Shown: positions 39,240 through 52,947 of the stretch, piece after piece
Layout of the letters: each line of letters begins with the position of its first letter
How positions within the stretch are numbered: position 1 is the first letter of the stretch
Source of the DNA: the human T2T-CHM13v2.0 reference genome, Homo sapiens
Assembly (NCBI RefSeq): GCF_009914755.1
Contig: NC_060925.1
Strand: one strand, 5' to 3'
DNA length: 64,000 nucleotides
Notes under the pieces: generated by a model
Told to the model about the DNA's origin: nothing
Seen by the model: the letters and a program-made list of their open reading frames with translations, nothing else
The model's database searches: none
Translations under genes and position numbers: made by a program

Positions 39240-40965
39240 GGCATCAATGCAATCCCTCTCAAAATACCAATGACATTCTTCACAGAAACAGAAAAACTAA
39301 TCCCCAAATTTATATGGAACCACAAAAGGTCCAGAATAGCCAAAGCCATTCTGAGCAAAAAGAACAAAACTGAAGGAATCACATTACCTGACTTCAAATT
39401 ATACTACAGAGCTATAGTAACCAAAACAGCATGGTACTGGCATAAAAACAGACACACAGACCAATGGAAAGAAATAGAGAATCCAGAATTAAATCCATAC
39501 ATCTGCAGTGAACTCATTTTTGACAAAGGTGCCAAGAACATACACTGGGGGAAGGATAGTCTTCAATAAATGGTGCTGGGAAAACTGGATGTGCAGAAGA
39601 ATGAAACTAGATTTCTATCTCTCACTATATAAAACAATTAACCAAGATGGATTAACGACTTAAATTTAAGACCCTCAAACTACGAAACTACTAAAAGAAA
39701 ACACTGGGGAAACTCTCCAGGACATTGGTGTGGGCAAAGATTTCTTGAGTAACATCCCAAAAGCACAGGCAACCAAAACAAAAATGGACAAATGGGATCA
39801 CATCAAGTTAAAAGCTTCTACACAGCAAAGAAAACAATGAACAAAGTAAAGAGACAACCCACAGAATAGGTGAAAATATCTGCAAACTACCCATCTGACA
39901 AGGAATCAATAACTAGGATATATATAAGGACTTCAAACAACTGAATAAGGAAAAAAATCTAACAATCTAACAATCTGGGCAAAAGATCTAAATAAACATT
40001 TCTCAAAAGACGACATACAAATGGTGAACAGGTATAAGAACATCCCGCATCATCAAAGAAATGCAAATCAAAACTACAATGAGATATCATCTCACCACAG
40101 TTAAAATGGCTTTGATCCAAAAGATAGGGAGTAACATATGCTGACAAAGATGTGGAAAAAAAGGGAACCCTCGCACACTATTGTTGGGAATGTAAATTAG
40201 TACATCTACTATGGAAAACTGTATGAAGGGTCCTCGAAAAACTAAAATAGAACTACCACTGATCCAGCAATCTCACTGGTAGGTATATACGCAAATGAAA
40301 GGAAATCAGTATATCGAAGAGGTATCTGCACGCCCATGTTTATTGCACTACTATTCACAATAGCTAAGCTTTGGAAGCAACCTGAGTGTCTGTTGATAGA
40401 TGAATAAAGAAAACATGGTACATATACACAATGGATTACTAGTCAGCCATAAACAAGAATGAGATCCTATCACTTGCAACAGCAAGGATGGAATGGGAGG
40501 ACATTGTGTTCAATTAAACTAGCCAGACACAGAAAGACCAACTTCACATGTTTTCACTAATTTGTAGGAGCTAAAAATTAAAAGAATTTAACTCATGGAG
40601 ATAGAGAGTAGAATGATGGTTACCAGAGCCTGGGAAGGTAGTGGGCAAGGGAGGGAACGGGGGATGGTTAATGGGTACAAAAATATAATCAGATAGAATG
40701 AATAACATCTACTATTTGATACAACAGGGTGACCAGAGTCTACAATAATTTACTGTATATTTAAAAATTACTGAAGAAATATAATTGGAATATTTGTAAC
40801 ACAAAAGAAATGATAAATGCTTGAGGCAATGGATACCCCATTTATCCTAACATGATTATTACACATTGTATGCCAGTATCAAAATATTTATCTCATGTAC
40901 CCATAAATATACACGCCTACTCTGTAGCCATAAACATTCAAAATTTAAAAATACAAAAATAAATA
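39240..40965 (+). mobile_element. 5'-truncated L1 (L1MA-type): ORF2 3' part and 3'UTR
   Basis: ORF 39174..39569 contains [14 protein letters not shown]...[24 protein letters not shown], which is ORF2p. It is disabled downstream and ends in an A-rich tail. Confidence 0.93.
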
Positions 40966-41319
40966 ATGTTTACAAAAGAGGATTGGTCTCTTGGGAAATA
41001 AACTGCAGAGACAGCCCAGGATGACATCCACTTTGTCCAGGAATCTGGGGGGAGGGGAGCAATGACCTGGATGTGACTCTGTGCAGTGCCACTCATGCTG
41101 TCTTCTTACTTAGCTGTACTTCCCTTCCTTCTGCTATGTACACCCCCTCAGTGACAGCAATGTCGGGAACTGTAGGGGTGAAGAGGACAGCACGAGTAGT
41201 GACGAAGGACAGTGATATGCCCCCTAAGTCTGGACAAAGGTCAGCTTACTTCTGGAAGGAGAGCCCAGGTTAGGAAGTGCAGGGGAGCAAGCCAGGAAGA
41301 ATACAAGAATGAAAAGCTG

Positions 41320-41617
41320 AGCTGAGCATGGTGGCTCACACCTGTAATCCCAACACTTTGGGAGGCAGAGGCAGGAGGACTGCTTGATCCCAGAAGCTGA
41401 AGACTAGCCTGGGCAATACAGTGAGACTCCATCTCTACAAAAATATTTTTAAAAATTAGCAGGGCATGGTGGCATACGCCTGTAGCCCCAGCTACTGAGG
41501 AGGCTGACATGGGAGGATTGCCTGAGCCCAGGAGTGAGCCATGAACACACCACTGCACTTCAGCCTGGGTGAAAGAGTGACGCCCTGTCTCAAAACAGAA
41601 AAAAGAAAGAAAGAAAA
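41320..41617 (+). mobile_element. AluJ
   Basis: Dimeric Alu with J-type features (ggaggattgc.tgagcccagg) and a small deletion in the right arm. Confidence 0.9.
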
Positions 41618-42214
41618 ACACCAACCACCCCAGCACAGTGACCACTGGAACCAAACCAAACAAGAGGCACTAGGCACAAAAAAAGGGGGAAGAAAGCAGA
41701 GACAACTAAAAATTGGAACAGGAGGAGTTAAAAAACTGTTAAGAAAATTGTGTGAACAATTCAGAGACTCTGATCAGCAAATGATGGGAACTGAGGATGC
41801 TGTATTTCTTGGAACCTCCCAAATAGGCTATTTCCCCAGATCATTCAATAATAATAATGGCTACCATTACCAAGCATCTACCATCTCCCAATCTATACAT
41901 ATATTATCTAATTATCTAATTGAACGCTTAAAGTAGCTTTGCCAGGTTTAGAGTATTCTCATTTTACAAAAGAGAAAATTAAGACCATCACAGGGAAGGT
42001 AACTTGCTGATGTCAAAGGGTTGGTCAACAGCAGAAACCAGAACCATCTATCTGCAAAGCACATGCTCTTTCCACCGTATCAAGCTGTCCTCTTATCCAC
42101 CATTTGGATTTCATGTCTCTGGCCAGTTGCTGATGCTCCAGAACTAGAACCCAACTTCTGCTAAATCTAACTCTGTACTCTTTGTATAATATCCTGTGGC
42201 TTTAAATAAGATAT

Positions 42215-43432
42215 TGACTCAGCAAGTGGTACTAGAATCATTGGCTATCCATATACAAAAAAGAACATTATGCATACACATAAATTAACTGAAAATGGAT
42301 CAAATTCCTAAATGTAAAACCTAAAACTATAAAATCTAATATGAAACACAGAAGAAATATCTTTCTCCTCTTGAATTAGGTAAAGATTTTCAGCTATGGC
42401 TTCAAAAGACTGATCCATGAAAGAAAAATACTGATAAACTAAACTATTTCAAAATTTAAAACTTCTGCTTTTCATTCTGTGAAGAGAATGAAAAGATCAG
42501 CTGCAAACTGAGGAAAAAAACATGTATAAAACATATGTCCAACAAAAGACCTGTGTACAGGATAAAGAACTCTCAAAACTCAGTAAGAAAACACCCAATT
42601 TTTAAAATAGGCAAAAGATTTGAAGAGATATATCAACAATTAAGATGTACATGTAGCACACAAACACGTGAGAAAACACATTACAGTACTGCAAATTAAA
42701 ACCACAATGCAATGTTACCACACTAAATGTATTAGGAGGATGAAAAACAAAAAGAAAATCTGACAAAAACAAGTGCTGGTGAGGATCTGGGGTAACTGGA
42801 ACTCTGAGTCATTGCTGGTGGGAATTCAAAACAATAGGGGCTGCTTTGAAAAAAAGTGCAGCAATTTCTTATAAAGTTAAACATATATTTACCATAGAGC
42901 CCAGCAACCCCACTCCTAGGTATTTGTCCAAATAAAATGAAAACTTATATTTGCACAATAACCTGTATGTGAATGTTCACAGTGGCTTTGACAACCACCA
43001 AAACTAGAAAACAACTCAAATATCCTTCACTTAGAAAAACAAACTATGAAATAGCCATGTAACGGATACTACTTGGCAATAAAAATGAACCAACTATTGA
43101 GGTTATATATTATAAATGTGTGTACAAATAACACGGCTAAGCAAAAGAAGCCAAATGAAATGGCTGGTTAATGTATATGATATTCTGGAAAAGGTAAAAT
43201 GGTAGTGACAGAAAGAAGATTGGGGTTAGCAGGTGCTGGGAGTGGGGTATAGACATGGATACAACGCAGTACGAAGGAATTTGGGAGTGGTGGTGATAGA
43301 ATGCTTCTCTATCTTGATGGTGGTGGTGGTGGTGGTTGTGGTCACAGACTGCATTTATCCAAGTTTGTAGAACTGTACACTAAAAAGGGTGAATTTTACT
43401 GAATGCAAATTACACTCCAATTCTTTAAAAAG
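42215..43432 (+). mobile_element. Old L1 (L1MC/ME-like) 3' part
   Basis: aatgtaaaacctaaaactataaaa...gcaaattaaaaccacaatg...cccactcctaggtattt...aaaagggtgaattttactgaatgcaaattacactcc. Confidence 0.85.
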
Positions 43433-43464
43433 ATAGGGAAGGTCTATCTGTTACTCTTATCATT

Positions 43465-44180
43465 ATAGAAACAGCATAGTGAAGAGGTTAGGGCTATACT
43501 CTTGAAAGCTCCCATTGCCTCATCTGTAAAACGGCAGTAAGAGTAACCCTAACTTTGATATGGTTGTAGAGAGAAATGAGATGAGGCATACAGAGAAGTC
43601 TGCAGAGTACCTCGTGAGAGGTGAAGCCAGCTGGACTTCCAGGGTGGAGTGGGGAATTGGAGAACTTTTCTGTCTTACAAGGGGATTGTAAAATGCACCA
43701 ACTGGTGCTCTGTAGCTAGCTAGAGGTTTGTAAAATGCACCAATCAGTGCTCTGTAAAAACGCACCAATCAGCGCTCTGTAGCTAGCTAGAGGTTTGTAA
43801 AATGGACCAATCAGCACCCTGTAAAATGGACCAATCAGCACTCTGTAAAATGAACCTATCAGCACTCTGTAAAAGGAACCAATCAGCAGGACATGGGTGG
43901 GGACAAATAAGGGAATAAAACCTGGCCACCCCAACCAGCAGCAGAAACCCGCTCAGGTCCCCTTCCATGCCGTGGAAGCTTTTGTTTTTTCACTCTTCAC
44001 AATACATCCTGCTGCTGCTTACTCTTTGGGTCCGTGCCATCTTTAAGAGCTCTAACGCTCACCGCAAAGGTCCGCGGCTCCATTCTTCAAGTCATCAAGA
44101 CCATGAACCCACCGGAAGGAACCAACTCTGGACACACTAGCACACAATAAGTGCCCCCATAAGCTTTAGCAGGTATTCTA
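43465..44180 (+). mobile_element. MIR, interrupted by LTR12F
   Basis: cctcatctgtaaaa...ggttgt...aaatgagatga...agagtac[LTR]ctagcacacaataagtgc. Confidence 0.65.
43615..44136 (+). mobile_element. LTR12F-like solo LTR
   Basis: TGAGAGGTGAAGCCAGCTGGACTTCC...GGACACA, 522 bp, with CCAAT repeats and TSD ctcg/ctag. Confidence 0.92.
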
Positions 44181-47147
44181 ATTTCCAGTAGTATCTGAGG
44201 AAGAATCACCTTATTGTACTAGACTTCCTGAACACTACTGCGTACCTGTGGACCATGTGTTGGGCTGGGGATGGTACTTGGTACACAAGAGCACATACTC
44301 TGTATCACATTAGCTGCCATCCCTCAATCTATCCTCTGAGTTGGAGGCTTATGAAGCCCCAAAGACGGTAGAAAAGAATGTGTGTGCAAGAACTGGAAAG
44401 GTGAGACAGAATTCACGACACCACAAATTGTGGAGAGACCATCTTTTACCCGAGGTGGACATAACAGGGCCACGTGAAGGAGCCTGGTGAGCACAGCTGC
44501 CTGTCCTCTGGGGAGAAGGCAGAGAAGAAGTGCCACATCCTGTGATGTGGTGAACGCCACAGTCCAAGGCAAACACAATAGCTACATTGTTTATCTCTCA
44601 GCCAACTTTACAGCCCATCGTAGCATGCCCAGAAGCCTCTCCCCGTATGTCATAGCAACACTGCAGACGGGATTATGTGATTATGAAGTCAGTAACTCCT
44701 TTCCTTGATTAAACATGAACTCAGACAGTCATTCACTCTGGGGGAAACCCATTTTTCTGCTTGTCTGGAGAAGCAAGACACAGGTAACATACAGCAATGT
44801 TAGGTTTCAACTAATTAAAAATGGGAATGAACACACGCACACGCACGCACACACTTCTTCAGTTCCCTGTCAAATCTTCCTGAGGACAACATAGTTTGGT
44901 TATGATGAAAACTTTAGAAACGGGAAACATTCTGCTTAGATTGTTAAAATTGAGAACAACGCAGAGCTGGTTGGGCTCATCATCCCACCAGGAGACAGTT
45001 CTGCTTACAATTTATCTAGCAAAATAGAGTAAGGCAGCAGAAAAAAATCTTGGTTTCCTAGTGACCTTTAAGTAAGTGCTCCCATTTCAAATAGACTCAG
45101 TACCATAAAAACTTTCTTGGGCTGAGAACTTTCATTTCCTTTGAATATAACTTTTGCGCTAACATTCTTTCATTTCTTCTTCTTCAGACAATCATTGTTT
45201 CTTCCTTTCACTCAAACCTGCCTCTGTTCCCCGGTTTTCACGGTTTACAGGGCATAGCCCAGGTGATGTACAGCCCACATGGGAATCAAGGCAGTTCCCA
45301 CACAGCACCAGCACAAAGTCATTTCTTTGTAGAAGCTGGGCTTCTTCAGGGCTGTGTAACTCATAGGTGTCGTGGAGGGTCTCAGAAGGAAACGAGGGAA
45401 GGCAATTCTGTGTTGCAGAAAAAGAGTTTTTCTAAAAAGAAGCTGAAATAATTACCAGAGACAAAAATTAACATTGCTTTATATTTACAGAAGAAACTAA
45501 GAGGAAGTAGGCTTAGAATTGTAGCATCAGGGAATGAGAAGTTTATTAAGGCTTCTCCCCACTACAGAACCATTTATTAAACTGTTTCCAGAATGGATAC
45601 ATTTTCACAATGATCCTACTCAATCTCTCTTCATAGAAGGCTCTGTGATAAAAGAAGATATAGATCCCCTGCTCCACAGACGGCTGACACTGGGTAAAAG
45701 ATGCACACATACTTGGAAGCCCTCAGGAAAATTAGATCATTATCTTCTCGTTTTTTCTTTGCCTCCAAAGACTTAGATTTTTACCTATGTACTCGAAAAG
45801 CAACTGCAGACTTCCAATCAAGATGCTGTAAGTTCAAACCTGGAAGCGTTCCCTTCTACTCCAAATCCATAGTAATGACAGGTAAAATATAAAAACAGGA
45901 ACCAAAAATAGCTTTGCCAAGTCAAAAAAAAAAAAAAAAAAAAACAGGCAATGATCTCCCTGGACCAAAAATAGAACAGAAATGCAAAGCAATAAACAAA
46001 GCTGAAGCTCCAGGGCCTGAGGTCTGGAAGTAGGTGGCAGTAGGTACAAGCTGAGTGCTGGTGGTTAAACAGGGAATACAAATGTTTCACATAAAAATGG
46101 TGAGTACAGTCAACCTTAAAGCTTAAAGCCAGAGAATGGGGTGAGGCTACCTTGCTTGACAAAAGAGGCCGGGATAAACAAAACCAGGGCTGATGACCTG
46201 TTCCCGTGTGCTAGATATTTACAGGAAGCTGTGGGCCTGAAGGGGCCAAACAGAGCCATGCTCTCTTGTCTAGGTACACAGCCATGACGCCCACCATCTA
46301 GGCAACACTTCTGCACTAGCCTCAGCATCACCGGGGCGCAAGAGGTCCAAATGCCATTAAGTTCTGGTTTTGAACTGGAGGCTGAGGGGCTTGGGGGAGG
46401 CAAAACTACCAGACAGAAGGGAAGAGCACAGGAGTGAAAAGAACAAAACAAAAAAACTGTCCACTAAAAATGAGCCTGCCATACAAAATTCCAGAACACT
46501 GAGTGAAATGCAATGCTAACCAACTGAAAACAATCAGAACATAAATTCCCTCCAGTAAAATAAACTTCATGGAACTAACACTTAAAAGAAGTGTGATTAG
46601 AATACCCAAAGAGATGAATAATGTAGTAGCATGCATTAAAGTAAAAAAGAAGTTATAAAACCAAAATAGGCAGAAATAAAACACGGAGACGTGAAAAAGA
46701 ACAAATTTGAAATATTGGAAATAAGAATTGGTCTTTAAGCTGAACCAGTAAGCAGAAAGTATCCCTAGCACCTGACTTAAGGGAGCTCTAAGTTTAAAAA
46801 CACGGACAAAATGCCAGAAGCTAAAATGGGTTCTCTCTGAGGAGTAGGTCGTGGGCAGGAGCAAGAGAGGAAAGGGGTACCATTGTTTTCAACTGTGTTA
46901 GAGTACTTTAATTTTTCAAACTATATACATGTATTACTTTAATAAAAAATCAAAATAAGAAATGTAAAAGCCCATTTGCAAGAAATAACACTAGTGAAGG
47001 ATTACCTGAAGGATTTGCAGTCACTGCTTTCCTCCATAGAGACTAAATTGTATTCTTGGAAAGAAACAAACCATCAAAGAGATATGATCTTAGATTACCT
47101 AATTTTTCACGCTTCTAGTTACCTCTTTTATTAAGAAGTATTAATTT

Positions 47148-47445
47148 GGCTGGGCACGGTGGTTCACACCTGTAATCCCAGCACTTTGGGAGGCCAGGGC
47201 GGGTGGATCACTTGAGGTCAGGAGTTCGAGACCAGCCTGGCCAACATGTTGAAACCCCATCTCTACCAAAAAGTATAAAAAATTAGCCAGGTGTGGTGGT
47301 GGGCGGCGCCTGTAATCCCAGCTATTCAGGGGGCAAGGCAGGAGAATTACTGAAACCTGGGAGGCAGAGGTTGCAGTGAGCTGAGATTGTGCCACTGCAC
47401 TGCAGCCTAGAAGACACAGTGAGACTGTCTCCAAAAAAAAAAAAA
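47148..47445 (+). mobile_element. AluS
   Basis: ggctgggcacggtgg...gaggtcaggagttcgagaccagcctggcc...poly(A). Confidence 0.95.
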
Positions 47446-49159
47446 GTATTGTCAATCAGCTATGATGAAGAATATTATAGAAATCAGTGATTTCACTCGC
47501 TGTGGAAGTCCAGTAAGAATGCTTTGTGAGTGCCTCAGGCCTCAGTGCAGGGAAAAACTGCTCTGGCTGTGTTTTCCTTCTTAGGGCTACTGTGAATTTT
47601 GAAAGTAGTCTTTTAGGTTTGGCTGCTGATACATTAAGGGTAAATTCATCATTTTTCTAGCTGTTATATATTGCTTCTAGGCCTTTTGGTTAAGCTCAAG
47701 TGTAGTACTTCTAGCTGTTACATAAAGGATCATATGGTATAAATTCTGCATACTAAACTACTTTCATCTTATTTGTCACTTTTATTTCTCAAACGAAAAT
47801 AAAATTTATTGCTGTTGTATTACATATGCAAGTAGATACATATATACATGTGTATGTATCCTTGTGAATGTGTGCGTGTAAGCTACTTCAAAATCTTTTG
47901 GGTGGAGGAAAGGGAACAATTAGATAAAGGAAATTGGTATTTTGAAACAGAAAAAGGGAACAAAAGCAGGTTGAATGTTAGGGTCGCAACTAGAGAGCAC
48001 TGAATGGCAACCTATGAGTATGAAGTTGATCCTGAGTGCTAAAGATAATGCTGAATGCTTGAACATTTCTGAGCAAAGTAACAACATGAGAATAGTGGCA
48101 TCTGAGAGAGTTTACCTAAAACAGTGTGTGCCAAGGATGAAAAGAAAGAAATTGAGAGCCCGGTGAATAATCAGGGGCTATTTCAATAACCTAGCAGTGA
48201 GGCAACAGAGCTTTGATAGACTGATAGACATGGTGTTTCAAAAGAATTAACTCTAACAGGACTTAGGAAAGAAAAATTGACATGGCAAGTAATCATAGCT
48301 TGTTTGTTTTTTGCAACAAGGCATGTGACATCCAAAGCAGCACGCTATGTTCTTGCCACAAACTTATGGAAACAATCAATTCCATTTGGTCTGTTCAGCT
48401 CCTATTGCCTTGGATTCTGACCTGGGCAAGCCATGAGGACCCAAATCATTCAAAAACCTCCCTCAGAAGGTAAGTTTTATTTTTTTCCAGAAATTAAGCT
48501 GCAGCTGATTACAAATGACAACTGTAAATATGCAAATTATACTTGCTATTAAAAGGGTTCCTGCCTTCCTGAAACAAAATACTGTGTAAGTCCAATAATA
48601 TGCAGATGTAGACACATAATAAATATTGCTTGATGCAGAAAACTGGTGAGATGAATTTTCTAGGTTCCAAGAAAAGCAGAAAAATAAGCTTGGAAACTTT
48701 AAATCCAGGAACTGAAAATTAATTTTGATTGAACTAATGTTGAATTTATGATCTTTTGGGAATGCACTAAGCTGAATTTACCTCTGTATTTTTTTTTGAG
48801 GCAAATTGATAGTACAGAGATCTCAGAGGAGTGTTTATATCACTAAACAAAATTCTCAAATAGAAACTTAAAAATACAACTGAAAAATTAGTTGCAAACT
48901 AAGTTTATATTCTCATCTAAGTACATACTCTACTCTCTTCCACTAGAAAATATTTCATGGAAACATGGGAAAACAGGAGCGGGGAGGGGCCCTATGGCTG
49001 TCTAGTGTAATTCTTTAATGTTACAGAGGATGGAACGAATCCAGAGAGGTTCAATGACTTGCCCAGGACCATTCAATGTGTTAGATACAGCATGGACTAT
49101 AATCCAGCAGAGTAATCAAGTACTGTTTTCATGACACCATTAGACCCATCTCAATATTT

Positions 49160-49662
49160 TAATGGTCAATGTTATATGTTAACTTGAGTGGGCCACAGGG
49201 TGCCCAGATATTTGGTCAAACATTATTCATAGAGTGTCTGTGAGAGTATTTCTTTATGAGCTTGCCATTGGAATCCACAGACTCAGTAAAGGAGTCTGCT
49301 CTCTCTGGTGGCACTTAACTAACCAGCTGAAGGCCTGAGTGGAACCAAAAGGCTGCAATTCCCTCAAGTAAAAGCAAAAGAGAATTCCTCCTGGCTTACT
49401 GCTTGAGTTGGACTGATCAGTTCTTCTTGGAACTTGGGCCTGCCAGCTTTTGGAACAGAACTTACACCACTGGCTCTCCTGGTTCTCAGGGCTTCAGACT
49501 TGTCCTGAAACTATACCATGGCTCTTCTGGGTCTCCAGCTTGCCAACTGCAGATCTTGAGACTTCTCAACCTCCATAATCAGGTGAGACAATTCCTTAGA
49601 ATAAATCTGTTTCTCCACCCCATCTTGTTGGTTCTCCTTCTCTGAAAAACCCTAATTTTAAT
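49160..49662 (+). mobile_element. MLT2 (ERVL) solo LTR
   Basis: aacttgagtgggccacagggtgcccagatatttggtcaaacattatt...ctccagcttgccaactgcagatcttg...aaccctaat. Confidence 0.85.
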
Positions 49663-49711
49663 ATTAAACGAATCTTTAGCTCAATAGAGTAAAGAAAATG
49701 GTCTCAGTGGG

Positions 49712-50205
49712 TATGGTAGACATTATGCACTAGCTACCCAAAATCCATTTAACACCTCTCTTTTCTCTTGACTTCCTCTTGCATAAAGGCTAAAAAGCTA
49801 AAATACAGTTCCTAGCCTCTTCTATAGCTAAAGGTGGCCATATGACACCATTCTGAACAACAAAGTAAATGACATCATTTTTGAGCAATAAAGTGTAGGT
49901 AGATATCCTTAGGAGGTCTTCCCTTTGCTCTTTGCCTCTTATTACCCCATCTTTTTTCTCCAGAGCTTAGATACACTGACTGGGGTTTGGAAGCATCAGT
50001 CATCTTCAGACTGTAAGGACAAACCCACATGCTAGGGATGACTATGGAGGAAGACAGAAGGATTTCAGGTCCATGATGAGATCTATGAGTCACTGCTGTC
50101 ATCTTGGATTACTTCTCCAGAATTTTTAGAACATGCACCCCACCTACTAAAGCTACGTTTAGTTGGGCTATCTGTTATTTATAGCCAAATCCTTTCCTAA
50201 TATAC
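49712..50205 (+). mobile_element. Old MLT1 (MaLR) LTR
   Basis: ttcctagcctcttctatagctaaaggtggccatatgac...ctgttatttatagccaaatc..tcctaa. Confidence 0.6.
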
Positions 50206-52947
50206 TACTGCAGCCCAGATGTCACCTGTTACAATAAAACTAAGATCACTATGACCCCCATTTTAATAAAAGATCATCATTCATTCACTCAAGAATTTTC
50301 TGAAGATCCACCATATTCATGGCACCTAAGAGGAACTAAATTCAAGAGCCTTCTCATTTCCAACCAAGGATGCTGGTGGAAAGCTACCTTGCTAACATTC
50401 CAGATCATGGTCTGGGAGGAATCCCAGGGCAGTTTCCCATGATTTCTGTCATTCTTGCCTGTGGCAAAAGGCTAACAATAAAGTAGATTGAATCTTCAGG
50501 AGCTATTAGAATATTCAACTTTTCCCACTTAATTCCCTTATTTTCAAAAGTTCTTCTTAAGGCAAAATGGATCATGTTCATGGACTCCTGCAGCATTAGA
50601 ATGAGCTCAGGGTCCTTTCTCATGCAGTGAGAGCAACTACCTCTCTTGATTCATGTTGCCAATGGGAGTTACAGTGAGTTGTGGTATACTGGCAGGAGCA
50701 TTAGGTTTAGTCATGACATCTGGGTGTCAGACTTGGTTTTGCCACTTTTTCCTTTAAGTCCCAGGGGTAAGTCCTGGGATAAGTCTCAGAGGCATATCTC
50801 TGAACCTTTCCGAGTTTCACTTCCTAATTTACTTATAATTACTCAGACCAAGAAAGATAACAATTACGAAAGAATTCTAGTGAGGTAAACATTCTTCCAA
50901 AGTAAGATTTCTTTAGACAATCTGATTATGTGAAATATTTCATATTGGACCTAAAAATAAGTAGGTCCAACATGAAAAAGGTATATGAGTAACAGAAGAA
51001 AAGTCCATTCATTATCTTCATGGCATTTACTTTGTCTCTCCTTTCTCAGAGTAAAAGTTGTTACATAAGTGATCTCAATCTAATAATGTGCTGCAGTGGA
51101 AAAGCCTTATGGAGCAAATGTTAAAGAAACAGAGAGACATCATCAAGATGGCTGACTAGAGGCAGCTGGCACTCATCTCCTCCACCAAAAAAGAAGGAAA
51201 ACAGTGAGCAGATAACCACAGGTTAAACAGAGCATCTAAGAGGGAACAATGGAATTCAGCACAAAAGGGACAGGGACTCTCCAAGGCACAGAGAAAGAGG
51301 GAAGATAAGCAGCAGTCTCAGCCGGGATTGGCTCAGAGCCAGGAAAGGCTCCCCATTGTAGGGAAAAGGTAAGCAAGAAATCTCCAGTTGTCCACATTAC
51401 CACCACAGATGCCTGCCATCCTAGCCACAGGAGAGCTGCTCAGCTTCACAGGCCCTGAGCCTAGTATAGGGAGTTGACTGGAGTCCATCATGGAATTGTT
51501 CCCGAGGGCATTCATGCTGCATTCTAGTCACCCCTCAGGACCCAAGGTGCTGTGGCATGGCACCATTTTAAGAGCCCAGCAACAACCAGACTATATCCTG
51601 CCCTGGACCCCAGAAGCCCCTCCATTCCACATCCCTGGAATGCCACTGATATTCCCCCATATCCACTCAGAGGGCTGCAGTATCATGAGGCCAGCTGGAC
51701 CAAGTGGTACAGCCAGATATCCAGTACTCTAGCCCACACTGTGTCCTATACCCTGGGGACCAGCAGAACCAGTGCACCAGGGAGGCTGCCCCCATGACAA
51801 ATGGAGCTGAAGCACATTTTCCTCAAAGCATGGGAGCTGCCTGCCTGGGGCCACTGCCACCTACAGCGATGCCACCCCTTCCAAGGACAAGGCCACCACA
51901 CACCTGTACATGCCTTCAGGGGACCTGAGAACCAGCTCTCTGGGGCACAATGTCCAGAGGCCCCATCTGTATCCTATCTGGGGGCTGGAAGATAGGATAA
52001 GCCTGCACATGGCATCAAGGAAATTGAGGACAGGCCTGGGTCAACCCATCTCCAGTGGTGCCATATGCACCATTACAAGGCCTGCAGACAGTCTCATGTC
52101 ATTTAGACACCTAAGGACCAGAATGCCTGGCCCACTGCCACCATCACCAGTACCTACATGTGCCAACAAGGGGCCTAAGAACCAGCCCACCTGGTGTCTC
52201 CATCCCCAGCAAAGGTTGCCCAAGCCTCCACTAACAATCACAGCCTAAGCCACTAAAGAACCTGTGATCACTGCTGACACTGATTATGGACAAAGAAATA
52301 ATATGAAGACCACAGTACTGTTCCTACCCAAAATCAGAGCTAAAGAACTCTACCCAACAAATACTGTAAATATATCTACATGAAAAAGTCATTCTCTATG
52401 AAAGCCAATCCAAAAACTTAGAAGAAGCAATTATGACACCAGATGCACAGACGTAAGGACACGAGAAATGCGAAAAAGAAAACATGACACCTACAAAGCA
52501 ACACAATAATTCTTCAGAAAAAGATATCAAAGAAAAGGAAATCTATGATATGCTTGAAACGAAATGCAAAATAATGACCTCAAGGAAACTCAGTGATATA
52601 CAAGAGAACACAGGTAAAACAATATGAAAAACTCAGAAAAGCAGTTAATGATCTGAATAAATTCAAAGAGATATCGTAAAAAGAACCAAAGAGAAATCCT
52701 AAGACTGAAGAATTCAATGAACAAAATTAAAAAATATAATCGAGAAGCTTCAACAATAGGCTAGATCATGAAGAAGGAATTTCTGAATTGAAGGCAGAGC
52801 TTTTGAAATAACACAGTCCAAAAAAGGTGAAAATCTAACAAAAAAGAATGAAGAAAGCCTAAGTGACATATCGGACATCATAAAGTAAAAAGTATTCAAA
52901 TACCGAAATTTCCAAAAGGAGAAGAAATTATAAAAGTCAGAGAAAAC

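Noticed and set aside
39174-39569. 131-aa ORF
   Set aside because: L1 ORF2 remnant with downstream stops and frameshifts.
34187-44136. The two LTR12s as the ends of one HERV9 provirus
   Set aside because: They differ in subtype and length, each has its own TSD, and there is no gag/pol/env sequence between them.
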